From Nemertoderma westbladi (Eukaryota; Animalia; Xenacoelomorpha), in the NCBI GenBank assembly GCA_032718475.1, contig JAUCBJ010007639.1:1-58449 (forward strand): a DNA stretch of 58,449 bases, read 5' to 3'. The number at the start of each line of letters is the position of its first letter. The stretch's first letter is position 1. The notes under the pieces were generated by a model. That model searched no databases, was not told the origin of the DNA, and saw only the letters and a list, made by a program, of their open reading frames with translations. A program made the position numbers and the translations under genes. Of the stretch, positions 37,253 to 50,420 are shown one piece after another.

Positions 37253-38806
37253 ATGGAAATGGAAAGCAATTATAGAGCAAATTTTCGTTCATTGATTTTC
37301 AGTTGTCGCTTTGGAGTTCTAGTAATGTGTTTCATCAATGGATTCATTATGATGGGTTTGAGGGTTAATCTTTCTGTTGCTATTGTGTGTATGGCTGGTG
37401 AAAGCAACATATCAAACAGTTCTGGATCCCTAACATCTGAGAGTGGCATGTGTCCAATGACACCGAGCACTGATGTTGAGGAACAAAGTGATATTGAAAC
37501 AGAATTTGATTGGTCAAAAGAACAACAAGGACTTATCCTAAGTTCTTTTTTTTGGGGGTATATTCTCACACAAATTCCTGGTGGATGGTTAGCTGATAAG
37601 TTTAGTGCGAAGTGGATCATGCTTGTGGGTCTAGCATCCAATAGCGCAAGTTCATTGCTGGTACCTTTAGCTGCGAGAACAGATTGGCGTATTTTATTGG
37701 GACTGAGATTCATATTGGGTTTAGGATCCGGTACTTACATTCCGGCACAACTAGTTCTATTGTCACAATGGTGTCATCCCTCGGAGCGCAGCAAACTCGT
37801 GAGTTTTGCATTCTCTGGCATGTTTGTCGGAATTGCTGCCAGTTTGCCCTTCAGTAGTCTCTTATGTATTTACGGGTTTGGAGGAGGTTGGCCCAGTATC
37901 TTCTACATTATGGGAGGGATTGCTTTTGGTTTCTGTTTTCTCTGGTATTTCCTGATATTCGATTCGCCTTCACTACATCCAAGGATATCAGCCTTGGAGA
38001 AGATTTACTTAGAAGCTTCCTTTGAAACAGATGGAAATAAAAGGGAACTAATCTTGCCTTGGAAACATATATTTACATCCCCTGCAGTCTGGGCCGTATT
38101 AACCATAGAAACAACATTCAACTACGCTAATTTCGCACTGGTGACTCAATTACCTACATATCTAAATGAGGTGTTGCGTTTCGATATTGGATCAAATGGT
38201 TTGTATTCTTCATTGCCCTATATAGGTTTTTTTGTTTTTGTAAACATTGGTGGTATAGCTGCAGATAAAGTGCTAGAGAAGCATCTTCTAACAATCGGAC
38301 AAGTAAGGAAGACTATGATACTGATTGGATCTCTCGCTCCGTCAATTCTGCTCATTTCTATGGGATATTTGAGTTGCAGTCAGCGACTTGAGGCCATAAT
38401 ACTACTGGTAGTAGCCGGCTCCTTTCTTGGTATACTTTTATCTGGATATATTTGCAATTTCATTGATATTGCTCCAAAATATGCAGGAACAATTACGGGT
38501 TTAGCTAAGACCTCTAGTGCTATTTCCGGCATTGTTGCTCCTTACGTAACTGCTGTAGTTACAATAGATAAAACCCGTAATCAATGGCGAACTGCATTCT
38601 TTATCGTCGGTGGTGTATCAGTGGCTGGAGCAGTGCTGTTCACTGTATTTGGTTCCGGCGAGGTACAACCCTGGGCCAAGAGCGGTGGGTCATCTGAAGA
38701 GAAAAAAACTGATGGTGCGAATTCATTGGAGATTAAATCCATTGGTGGGAAGTCTTTAGAAGTAGTAATTTGTAATGATGATGAATTGATGGTGACTTAT
38801 TTGTAA
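37253..38806 (+). CDS. SLC17 family (sialin-like) MFS anion transporter, intron-free CDS, 517 aa
   Basis: Motifs RVNLSVAIVCM, FDW...QG.ILSSFFWGY..TQIPGG, W..P.ERS.L, GGWPSIFY, PW..I.TS..VWA, LPTY...VL.F, DIAP.YAG, QPWA, with about 12 hydrophobic segments. Confidence 0.95.
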   Translation: MEMESNYRANFRSLIFSCRFGVLVMCFINGFIMMGLRVNLSVAIVCMAGESNISNSSGSLTSESGMCPMTPSTDVEEQSDIETEFDWSKEQQGLILSSFFWGYILTQIPGGWLADKFSAKWIMLVGLASNSASSLLVPLAARTDWRILLGLRFILGLGSGTYIPAQLVLLSQWCHPSERSKLVSFAFSGMFVGIAASLPFSSLLCIYGFGGGWPSIFYIMGGIAFGFCFLWYFLIFDSPSLHPRISALEKIYLEASFETDGNKRELILPWKHIFTSPAVWAVLTIETTFNYANFALVTQLPTYLNEVLRFDIGSNGLYSSLPYIGFFVFVNIGGIAADKVLEKHLLTIGQVRKTMILIGSLAPSILLISMGYLSCSQRLEAIILLVVAGSFLGILLSGYICNFIDIAPKYAGTITGLAKTSSAISGIVAPYVTAVVTIDKTRNQWRTAFFIVGGVSVAGAVLFTVFGSGEVQPWAKSGGSSEEKKTDGANSLEIKSIGGKSLEVVICNDDELMVTYL

Positions 38807-40332
38807 TTCAACAACAATTAACTGTATAATTTTTTTTTAATTTCATAGGCTTTGCCATTTGGGATACCATTATATATTATAATGTATACATTCATCATAA
38901 TTATTTCATTGAATACTTTGTTGGAAATAACAATATCACCAGACTATACCTCAGTATATGATGAAACTTTGCATGGACCATGAAAATGGATTTCTAAGGG
39001 TACTTGTGAAATCGCGGTTTAAATTGAAACATCTCAACTTGTTTTATTTCGAAAAATAGCCCCAAAACACGAAAATTGCCATAGGCGCAATAATAAAACA
39101 CCTGCTGGCACTCATGACAAATGTATAGAGATGGCCTGGTAATGCATTCAATAGGAAGGGCAACTAACAAAGAAGTACTTTCTCTGCCAAGTTTTATTAT
39201 CACTCTACTCTACAACCCAGACAGTAATCAAACAAAACATTAACTGGTTTAGCTGGCTATTACAGTCTCAGCTGAATAACTCGTCCCAATACATTCTTGC
39301 TATGTTAATTAATTGGCGTGCAAGCTAAATGACTGTTAGTTAAACAGTGTGTTGGCTACACAGTGTATTGTACTATGCTCTCAGCGAATTATTGTTTTAT
39401 TTGGAAATCTTTGTGCCAATATTAATACTGTGGGTGGAGGCCTATGCTTATAAGGCTGAATGTTTGCTCAGCCTCATAATGATTCTCCATAAGGCTAACC
39501 TTATAGTATGAAATATAAAAATCTGTCTTATAATAATATAATTGTTGTATTTAATTAATATCGTGGTTTACATTGAACAGTGTATTTTGTTAATCGCGGT
39601 TTACATTGAAACATCTCAACTTGTTTTATTTATTACAAAAATAAGAACGAATTTGTCTTATCACTTCTTGTGCGCGATTGTATTGAATTCATGACAACTG
39701 CTGTTATTATTATTAATCAATTGACACCTCGACTCCTCTCGGACTACTCTATCCGATAGAACAAAATAATAATTTCTCTAACTGCTCTCTATCTTCTATA
39801 ATCACAACAGCTTTTTATAATTCATTAGATGATTACAACATAATAACTATAGTTTGAAGTAGTCTAGAAAATTTTTCGTACACCACCGGGACTACCCTCA
39901 CACTAATTGATTATCAGACAGAACAAAAAGCTTTTACTTGACTCGTACTGTCTCCTACGACTTCCTTCACGGGCCGCTAGGCCCGTCTCTAGTTTAAAAT
40001 TACGTATAATTACATCGTAGACTCTATGTGAGCATAGCCCATCTGCCATCCCTTGTTCCCCTCATAAGGTGGAAGCATCAATGATGGGATGATTGATGCT
40101 TCCAGTGAAGTTTCTTGGGTCAGTGCCGTTTCGCTATTCCCAAAATGTACTTTATTTAGATTAAACTTTAGATTATCCCTTTTAACTTTAATTTTATATT
40201 TATTATTTATGTATTTAAACTTTATATTTATATTTCACACTTTTAAATTTCAAATTTTAATATTTAAAATTTTGATGTGGTTACAGGCATTCTTGGCATC
40301 GGCATACAGATGTTTCATGTGTTGCTATTCCA

Positions 40333-40570
40333 TGCGGGGTAGATCCGGAGCTTGGTTGAGTGCCGGGCCTGCAATCTATTGGTTGTAGGTTCAGTCCCAC
40401 CACGGTCCACTCAGCATTTCATCCACTGGGGTCGATAAAATGAGTACCAGTTAAATAACTGGGATCAAATCATGGGATAGGAGTAGTACCAGTCCTACCC
40501 TCGGGTAGCAGCTATCAAAAGAGGAGCATTCGGGTCGCCTCCGGCTTCGGCCGACTGTTTGCTTGCTTAA
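40333..40570 (+). mobile_element. tRNA-derived SINE with Nin-like central domain and a probable LINE-derived tail
   Basis: tRNA-like head (gagcttggtt...ggttcagtccc), then ccactcagcatttcatcc....ggtcgataaaatgagtaccag (Nin-type core as I recall it). The 3' end has a stem-loop and a (gctt)n tail. Confidence 0.65.
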
Positions 40571-41435
40571 TCTGCATAATGTTTGGTGTACATAATTACA
40601 GTATTGAAAGAAAATTTATATTTCTTACTCTTAATAAGTAATGAGGAAATTGTTGTAAACATCGACTTCCTACACTATTTATTTAACTATTGATATGTCA
40701 TATAATAATTTTATATTGATAGTATTATTCCACATTCTCCACCGGCATATACAAGCAATCATTTCTCATTAGGACAAGTACATTACAACACCACATGTTT
40801 TCTTGGAGGTAATCATCGAGTGGATACAATTGTGCAGTTTGGAAATATCACAAAAACTCACTTTCTCCATTTCAAATCGAATAATCTATTAAATATTTTA
40901 TAAAGACCCGAAGCATAATTTAGGGCTGCATGAATGTAAAATTACTTGACCGGTTGAAAATTGAAAAATGGTGGTAAATTGTGGTAGTTTTGTGGCTAGT
41001 CCGCGTTTGTGTAACGAATTGCGTGTTTGCAAAATGCTCATTTGCATAACACCATTTCCAATTAACAATATAATGTCGCGCTTGCGTCACATCCAGTTTG
41101 TGCAAAGTCTAACTTAATAATAATATGTTGTCTATGAAATATCCTCTTTGCTTAATGTAATCTCACCCTTCGTGATTGGCATTCTATAACAGTCTTTCAT
41201 CTTTACTGTATGTAATCATATTATATTTATATTTATGCTCTTCATACAATAATAGCGTTTGCCAAATTTCTGACCTTTATATTTTGCGCCCGACTATTTT
41301 ATATAACAAATAATATAAGAACAAATGGCAATGATTGGAACTGTATAGTATATATAATGTTTAAAGTAAATTCTGGCATATCAATTTATGACTAAATGTT
41401 TATTATCTGAATCAATGTGAGATTCACCATTCACA

Positions 41436-44400
41436 ATGAAACCAGAATCGTTGTATGTTGATGGAAATAAACATCATCTTGGTATGCATGAAGTTGCTGT
41501 TGATGAGGATGATGTGGACAAAAAAATCAAGCCTTCCGCATCTAAGCCGCATAGGAAGCTATGGGTCGCGATTATTTTGGTTATTATTCTCATTGGAATG
41601 GTAGCCGTTTTAGGGGTTTACAACGCGATCAACATACATCGCAACCAATTGACATATGACCAAGTAGTTAGTCCAGATTTCGACCGTTTGAACAATATGT
41701 GGCTCCAGTTGGAATCTCGTAATGATCAGGTAGGTCCATATCTTAATAAATTATTTTGATCAAATAAAATAAAATAAGATGAAACAATTATCTATTTTGA
41801 ATCACCTTCTAAATTGTCATTTTCTTAAATGTCTATATGCCATATATCTTTCTACTGTACTTGGCCATCTTTAACCACTCGCTACAATGAAAGGACCAAC
41901 AAAAAGTTATAATAATATGAAACCACTCATTTACCCATAACACCTATAATATATCTTCATGTCATAATAATTGCTGACCAATTTCTTAACATTCAGGATG
42001 CAGTGGGTAATAATATAAACTTAGCGCTTGGAAGACCCTCAGGATCTGATTCAGTTGCTTTCGATGGCGAACCCAGTCTTGGAAACGATGGTGATTATAA
42101 TGGTAATTATCACGATGGCTCCTGCACCCACACTGATAACATTGCCCCAGCATGGTGGACAACAGACCTTGGTGTTTCTACTCAAGTAGATAGAGTGATG
42201 ATTTGGAATCGTGTTGATTGCTGCAGTGAACGTATTATAGGAACCAAGGTTGGTAGTACTTTAATGTGAAAGTAGCTTTCTAGTGAATATGAACGAAATG
42301 GGCTGTCAGACTTGTACCTTAGCAAGACGTGTAAATATTAATAAACAATTACAAAGTGACAACAATTCTCTCATATGTATAAAATATTAATATCCTAACA
42401 ATCTAATGTGTTTTCCAGGTATTTGTGGTGGATAGTTTAGAGGACTGGTACCTTCGCGGTTTATCAAGAGACACCAACCATGTTTGTGGCACCATAGATT
42501 CCAGCAACAGAGTTAGCAACATATCCTGTGCGGGGAAAAGCGGGCGATATGTAGTTCTCTTTAAAGGAGATAGCAAGTACCTTACTGTGTGTGAAGTTGA
42601 GGTCTATGGGAAACAGGCATATCAACCATCCTCTCCTCAACCACCTACCAGCTCATGGTGGGAAGAACAAGATATATCATCAAAAGAACCAATACTGGCT
42701 TCCCCATGGTGGAATGCAAAGTCTACAGCCTTGTCAATACCTTCATGGTTTTACACTACAAGCGACAGAGAGACATTTACAACGCCACCCTCTGTAAGTG
42801 CTAAAATGCATGTATGACACACATTGTTCTTTATTACTTAAAAGTGATCCTCTAAAAATGTAATTGGGAATTATTCCTACCAATTTGCATTTATATAGTA
42901 TTAATTATTGTTAGTCACTATTTATAAAACATATCATATTACATTATGTTAATACAAGTTACGTCTATGTGCTGTTATTTGTTATAAAAATTGTTGACCA
43001 TTTTCTTAACATTCAGGATACAGTCGGTAATATAAACTTAGCGCTTGGAAGACCCTCAGGATGTGATTCAGTTGCTTTCAATGGCGAACCCAGTCTTGGA
43101 AACGATGGTGATAATAATGGTAATTATCACGATGGCTCCTGCACCCACACTGATAACATTGCCCCAGCATGGTGGACAACAGACCTTGGTGTTTCTACTC
43201 AAGTAGATAGAGTGACGATTTGGAATCGTGTTGATTGCTGCAGTGAACGTATTATAGGAACCAAGGTTGGTAGTACTTTAATGTGAAAGTAGCTATTTAC
43301 TATTGGTACTTCTAGTGAATATGAACGAAATAGGGCTGTCAGACTTGTACCTTAGCAAAACGTGTAAATAATAAATAAACAATTAACAAGCTGCAACAAT
43401 TCTCTCATATAATATTGATGTCCTAAACAATCTAATGTGTTTTCCAGGTATTTGTGGTGGATAGTTTGGAGGACTGGTACCTTCGCGGTTTATCAGGAGA
43501 CACCAACCATCTTTGTGGCACCATAGATTCCAGCGACAGAGTTAGCCACATATCCTGTGCGGGGAAAAGCGGGCGATATGTAGTTCTCTTTAAAGGAGAT
43601 AACAAGTACCTTACTGTGTGTGAAGTTGAGGTCTATGGAAAACAGGCGTATCAACCATCCTCTCCTCAACCACCTACCAGCTCATGGTGGGAAGAACAAG
43701 ATATATCATCAACAGAACCAACACTGGCTCCGCCATGGTGGAATGCAAAGTCTACAGCTGCGTCAATACCTTCATGGTTTTACACTACAAGCGACAGAGA
43801 GACATTTACAACGCCACCCTCTGTAAGTGCTAAAATGCATGTATGTCGCACATTTTTTGTTATTACTTAAAAGTGATCCTCTGAACATATAATTAGGAAT
43901 TATTGCTACCCATAAATCTGAAGTAGGTATTGATTATTTTCTATCTTTATTTGATTTATTACAACGCAATTTATTAATTTATTTCGGAATTTCTCTATTT
44001 TTATTATTATCAATTTATTTAAACCAGACATTAAATTCATAACAAATACATGTCCATAGAGCACAGCAAAGTATAAAGTAAAATTAAGTATAATAGTATA
44101 CAGTACCGGTAGTAAAATTAATAAGCGTCGAAACAATATAATAAATAACAAACAAACTAGTAAATACTTACTGTATTCCGAAAAATTAATGAAGCAAGCT
44201 GGAATCCAGCATAGCCCGTATAAATGAAGTCTCTGTTGTTACCTTAGTAACTGCCGTAATAAGCGTATTATTGGTTGTATCTATCTTCTCTGTTAAATAA
44301 GCTAGATATCTATTTATATGAATTAAACACGGTAGGTTACTATTTCCAAAAAAGAGGGACACAGGGCCTACAGTCACCACTTTTTATGGAAAATAGCAGC

Positions 44401-46238
44401 CTAGCGGCCCTATTGTAAGCTACCTTTAGACGGTTTTAAACAACAGCTGAATAATTATGACGTGACCATAACGAATTACAATAAATATGCGATAAGAATG
44501 CACGAAACAATGTAACTTTCACATAATCAGCACCATTAATTAATTAACTAATTAATGTATTTGCCCTAGCGTATAAAACTTATAATAGCTTTCTTGATAT
44601 CAAAATCAATATATCCATTTTGTGTATTTACCCGATTTAATTAAATAAATAATTAATTTAATAATTAAATATTATACAAGATTCATTTGTAGATTCGATG
44701 GCGCTGAGTCCTGAAAAGTTGGATTTGACCCTCCAACCCCCCCCCCCCCCCCCCTTTCCTTAAATTAAAATTACAGTATGTTTTCCTTGCAGACCGTAGG
44801 TGTTGATAATAATCTCAATTTAGCATCAGGAAAACGTACAGGATCTGATTCTGTCCGTTACCATGGTTATGCAAGTCGCGCGGTCGATGGTAATATAAGT
44901 GGTCATTATTACGATGGGTCATGTACTCACAGTGATAGGATTGCCCCGGCTTGGTGGTGGACTGACCTTGGAGCGCCTACTGCAATTCAGACAGTTCGAA
45001 TCTGGAACAGGGAAGATTGTTGTAGTTCCAGGATCATCGGGACAAAAGTTAGTTTCAAAATCATTGGATATAACAAGAACACGAATAATAGGTATAAATC
45101 AGAAGATAAACCTTTATTTTCTCTCTGGATAACCTGATTTCAGATTTTGCCTGGGTGGAACATGGCCCCGCGACTACAGTAAATGACCTTCATGTTGCCT
45201 GTACACTGTACAGCTTTTGTATAGACCTTATTTATTAGTAGTTACCATCCATATATCACATCCGTTACTTTATATACTTATTCTATACAAAAATTCAACT
45301 TGTGCCTAGATGTGTTGTTATACTGTACTGTAATAACTTTGGTTATTTTTGGTTTCATTTGGAAAGACAATGGCGTGTTGGAAAGAACTTGGAATGTGTT
45401 ATGTGAACTGTGTTATTTTATCCAAAGAGCGTCAAAGGGAAAAGAAAGTGCTACTGAATATGAGAAGTTGGGGGTAAAATGTTTGATAGATTCAATATCT
45501 GATAGTCCGGAGTCTGGGAAGTTTCGCATTAATATATAAACTAAGGTAGACAGATACACATTAGCTAATTAGCCTGATATCCGTCTGTATATATGGGGTA
45601 AGAAAAATACGCTTTTGCTTCATAGTGAAAAACGTCGCTGGGGTTCGAACCTGCGTTGTAAGTTTTGGTTAACAGTTGTGTGCATTGCAACATCAATACA
45701 CCCTTTCTCATTAGTCACAGTACTTCGAAATCTCATCTCAAACAGCAGCGGACCTACTGGCCACAAATACAGTATATTAAAAAGAAAAGGGTGGGAAAAA
45801 CATTTAAATATAAACTCATATAGCTTTAATATTACTGCCAAGCGCTAATAAGTAAATAAATTTATTACAAACTTAATAGGAGAGAAAAAGATGCATATTT
45901 TAATGGTTGTAATTTAATACATATTTTAGGTATTTTTGGTGGATAGATTGGAGGACTGGTACCTTCGCGGTTTATCAAGGGACTCCATCCATCTTTGTGG
46001 CACAATAGATTCCAGCGGCAGAGTTAGCAACATATCCTGTGCGGGGAAAAGCGGTCGCTATGTACTTCTCTTTAAAGAAGATAACAAGTACCTTACTGTG
46101 TGTGAAGTTGAGGTCTATGGGAAACAGGCGTATCAACCATTCTCAATTAACCAACCAGCCTCTCGTGAACTACCAGGCACTCCTAGACAACCAGGCTCTC
46201 CTCGACCACCAGGGACTCCTAGACAACCAATCTATTGA
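41436..46238 (+). CDS. Type II membrane protein with three F-type lectin (fucolectin) domains. Exons 41436-41729, 41997-42248, 42419-42793, 43017-43265, 43448-43822, 44793-45047, 45930-46238
   Basis: All six introns are GT-AG and phase 0. A cytoplasmic N-terminus is followed by KPHRK and a single TM segment. Each domain has NLA.G.., DG....SCTH(T/S)...WW..DLG...IWNR.DCC..R (HX26RXDX4R fucose-binding motif) and GRYV...LTVCEVEVYG. Confidence 0.92.
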
Positions 46239-47529
46239 TATTGAGTGCGTAGGGAACTAGTGATGAAGTGAACATCGCTTACCAAACAATGTTTAAAAAA
46301 TTATAAAAATCAACTACAAGTAGGAACTGCTAAATAGTTTAATAACAACAGATTCAATAAAATAACATATTAGTCCTCACTTTATCTCGCTTTATATTCA
46401 TGCGAACAGCTATATGTTTAACTGCAGTAGATAGACCAATCTCGAACGCGCTAACTAATCTATTTTAACTATCGTTGTAATATAAATAATTGTAGTTAAA
46501 TAACGCCATTTAAAGTTTTACTTTATTTTGTTGGCAAATCTAAGACATTGCCCCCCCCCCCCCCCCCCCCCCCATCCACTCCCCAATCTGTCCCAGCCGA
46601 TCCCTTTCCTGGAACCACCAACTTTGTCTTGGAGGCCAGGAAAGCACCAGCCCAGTCGTGGTCCCTTGCACCATCTCGGATGGCTACAATGAACTCACTG
46701 GAACACGCTACATACAGCATGGTGATTAGCACCCTTTAGATCTCTGGGACTGAAGTTGACGAACCCCCAATTCCGTGTCTAAGTCAGCACTTGGTTGCAA
46801 GCTGACCGAGACCAACATTTAACAAACGTGGGTCGCAAAGATGTTCGCTCGATCGGGCTCCATGGCCTCTCCTGCACCAAGAGTCTCTGCAGACTTCCTC
46901 ACCACTAATTGTTAAATTACATTGTGAGCCGAGCGCTCATCAGCTGTAGGGTCGCCATTACGCTTGATCTACTTGACTGGAATAGTAGCTAGAGTGTGGG
47001 GTGGGGGGGGGGGGGGGGTGAGGGGTAAAACAATTATGTCACATGTCATTCCATTTCAACAGGAAAATTTCACCTTTTTAACATAAAAACTTTTAACGTA
47101 CGCAGAAACTTGTGCTGTGGTAACATCAGATTTACAGTGTACCAGTTGGTTTTGGTATTATAGCCTAGATAGGTCATAGGTGATTTAGGCTACTTTATAG
47201 GCAACTATGTACTTATAAATGATTTCAAAATATAAAAAAATACTTTTAATTAGAATTTATGTGTGCATAGCCGGTGTTCCTCTAATATAAGGTGGATGCC
47301 AAAATTGGATGGCAAAAACGGTTATTTGGTCATTATAATTTTTTTTGTTTGTATTTTTTGTTGTTTGTCAATGGCCCGAGGGCCGAGTACTATTTTGGGC
47401 GTAATGTCCTGATTCTATGTTTTTTATTGTTTGTGGGGTGTAAGACTCTATTGTTTACCTGTTTATTTATTTTATATATATATATAACAAGCCCCTGTTA
47501 GGCAGAATGTCGCGTTCGACCTTTAATTA

Positions 47530-48420
47530 TCATCCATCTTTGTGGCACCATAGATTCCAGCGACAGAGTTAGCAACATACTGTGCGAGGAAACGCGGCCG
47601 ATATGTACTTATCTGTAAAGGAGATAACAAGTACCTTGCTGTGTGTGAAGTTGAGGTCTATTGGAAACAGAATCAAATCTATTGAGAGTGATTAGGAAAG
47701 CGATGAGTGAACATCGCTCTCCGAACAATGAATACAAAAAATTTAATAATCAACTAAAAGTAGGCACTTGCAGTGTTAATCAGTTACAATAACAACAGAT
47801 ATCAATACAATAATAATTATATTGGTTCTCTCCTTACATCGCTTTATATTTATGTGAAGAGCTATACTTGTAACTGCAGTAGATAAACCAATCTCGAACA
47901 TGCTGACTAATCAATAATTTTAATTATATTTGTAATAATAATATAATTGTAGTTATATCACACACTTTAACAATTTAATTTTATTCTGTTGGCAAATCTA
48001 AAACCTACTACATTGTACCGATCCCCCCAACTTCCACATCCTTACCAGCTGATTCCCTTGCTGAGGTCACCAGGCAGTGATCTGCCTGAACTTTGTCTAT
48101 GAGGATAGGCAAGCAGCCCAATCGGGGTCCCTTGCACCATCTCGGATGGCTACAATGAACCCACTGGAACACCCTACATTGGGCATGGTGATTAGCACCC
48201 TTTAGCTCTCTGGGACTGAAGTTGACGAACCCCCAGTTCCGTGTCTAAGTCAGCACTTGGTTGCAAGCTGACCGAGACCAACAGTTAACAAACCTGGGTC
48301 GCAAGGATGTTCGCTCAAGCGGGCTCCATGGCCTCTCCTGCACCAAGAGTCTCTGCAGACTTCCTCACCACTAATTGTTAATTTACATTGTGAGCCGGGT
48401 GCTCACCAGCTATTGGGTCC
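47530..48420 (+). pseudogene. Partial duplicate of the last fucolectin exon, its 3' UTR and the downstream repeat (copy of ~45987-46970)
   Basis: ccatccatctttgtggcac...gtgtgtgaagttgaggtcta is repeated with a frameshift. The UTR and the GC-rich block 46560-46970 recur at 48010-48420. Confidence 0.85.
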
Positions 48421-48923
48421 CTATTATGCTTGAACCTCTTGACTTGTGTAGAGGGGAAAGGAAGCAGGTTGATAGCATCACCTCTGGTCCTCTGGTTCTG
48501 GCAGTAAGTCACGTGAGACACGACGATTTCACACATCCTCGCGGTCAGCAACATCGCCCAGGCCACTCTGCAAAGGAAGTCTAAAAATCAGCAAGTACCA
48601 CCAGGTAACTGGTGGATTGTCTCTATCAACCTGCACTGCACCGGTCCTAAACATCCGCGGTATTCCCATAGGAGGGCAAGCCGCAAGTTCAGTCTCCACG
48701 TAGTAATCCACCCAAGAAACCTGGGACCGTATTCTTAGTTCTCACTAGCCTCCTGTAGTTAGACTATATAGTACAAACTTCGCACAAGATTTAGGTTAAA
48801 TTTAATGTTATCTAGCTCAGATTCTAAACGGATAACTCAGATTCGAAACATGAAATTGAGATTCGTAACTTATTCGAGAACTTTACTCCCCAGAGGAAGC
48901 TCCAGTACTCATTTAGCTACCAC

Positions 48924-50018
48924 TTAACCCTATTAAACCCGGGGGGGGGGGGGTCAATATGACCCCTCCCGTGGTTTTTTTATTATAATTCTGAAACTAA
49001 CGCAGTTGGGAATCTGACATTTTATGACTTTTCCTAAAAATCTATTGTCTTCCTAGTAGTGAAAACCGTTTTCAAAAATATTGGGTACTTTTCGAGTTAT
49101 AGCACCATTTTTTAACCCTACTTTTGGCACTTTTTTTGAGACGTTTTTTGAAAATTACATTTCATTAAATATTAATTGTAACATCTCTATTTTTGATTTA
49201 CACCGGTTTTTTGGTGTTAGAAATTTGATGGAATTCACATAAATTGATTTAGAAATTTCAAACTTGTTTTTTTCGGTGGGTGCCAAATTTTGGTGCCAGC
49301 ACCAAATTTTGAAATAAGTCAATTTTGTAAATTGATCGTTTGAAACTTGTTTTTTACGCAATTGGGGGTTTTTGGGTTTCTGGATTCGATGAAATATATA
49401 CGAGTTGCATCAAGCGTATCAAACTTGTATTTTTCGGTGCTGTGTGCAAATTTTGGTGCAGCACGAAATTTTGAAAATCTGTTCAATAGATAAAATTGCT
49501 TGTGACAATTTATTTCTTGCGTTTTAGAGGTTTATGGCTGTTCTGAATTCAATGGAAAATAAAATTATCGAACTAGACATCTCAAACTTGTATTTTTCGG
49601 ATGTGGGTGCAAAATGTGGTGCTAGCACCACATTTTGAAAACCATCAAATATATCAATTGATTGTGTCACCTTGTTTCTTGCGTTATACGGGTTTGTGAT
49701 GGTTCTGAATTCAATGGAATCAGTAAAAATTTCATAAGAGTTCTCAAACTTGTATTTTTCGCCGGTGGGTGAAAATTGTTGTGCCAGCACCAAATTTTGG
49801 AAAATATGCAAATTAATAAGTAGATAGTATCACCTTGTTTCTTGCGTTATACGGGTTTATGAGGGTCCTGAATCCGATGGAATCAATAAAAACAGCACTG
49901 GACATCGCAAACTTGTACTTTTTGGTGATGGGTACGAAATTTGGTGCTAGCACCAAAATTTGCCAAATTACGCCGAAAAATACAAGTATCAATGATCTGG
50001 CATATTAGAAATGTATTC
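48924..50018 (-). mobile_element. piggyBac-like non-autonomous element, truncated copy 1
   Basis: Begins TTAA-CCCT and has internal subrepeats (aaacttgtatttttc..., gcacca). 49340-50018 is the reverse complement of 54207-54890. Confidence 0.65.
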
Positions 50019-50279
50019 CATTAGATTAGATTATTCCATTATTCCCAAATTGCTTTGGTGGTTTAATGAATTCTCAATTCGTAAGATTCCGACCCGTATA
50101 CCTTCGCATGACGTGTAGGTAGGTAGGGTGTTTTGCATGTCACAATAATGTCAATTTTCGCATAGGGTGTTTTTACGGTCGACGAATTGTAATTGGAAGG
50201 GTGTTTTGTATATCGCAAATTTTACATTGATGCGTGATTTTATCACTCCATCTCCCTAATACAACCATTAGGGTGTCAG

Positions 50280-50420
50280 AGCCCGCTAATGCGATTGCCG
50301 TTGGTAGATCATATACAAATAAGCTAAACAGTAATGGTGACAACTTATCCCCTTGGAGGACTCCAATGGTCTGTGCAATGGGATTTAGTACATATCCTCC
50401 AACACAAATGCACACAAAGT
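50280..50420 (-). mobile_element. Small LINE RT fragment
   Basis: Reads QTIGVLQGDKLSPLLFSLFVYDL. Confidence 0.75.

Noticed and set aside
46925-46950. CTGATGA on the minus strand as a hammerhead core
   Set aside because: No following GAAA/stem III, and the motif is not kept in the duplicate at ~48400.
48525-48580. HDV-like ribozyme core (tcctcgcggt)
   Set aside because: P3 is mismatched, there is no convincing P1 partner and no GG for P1.1.
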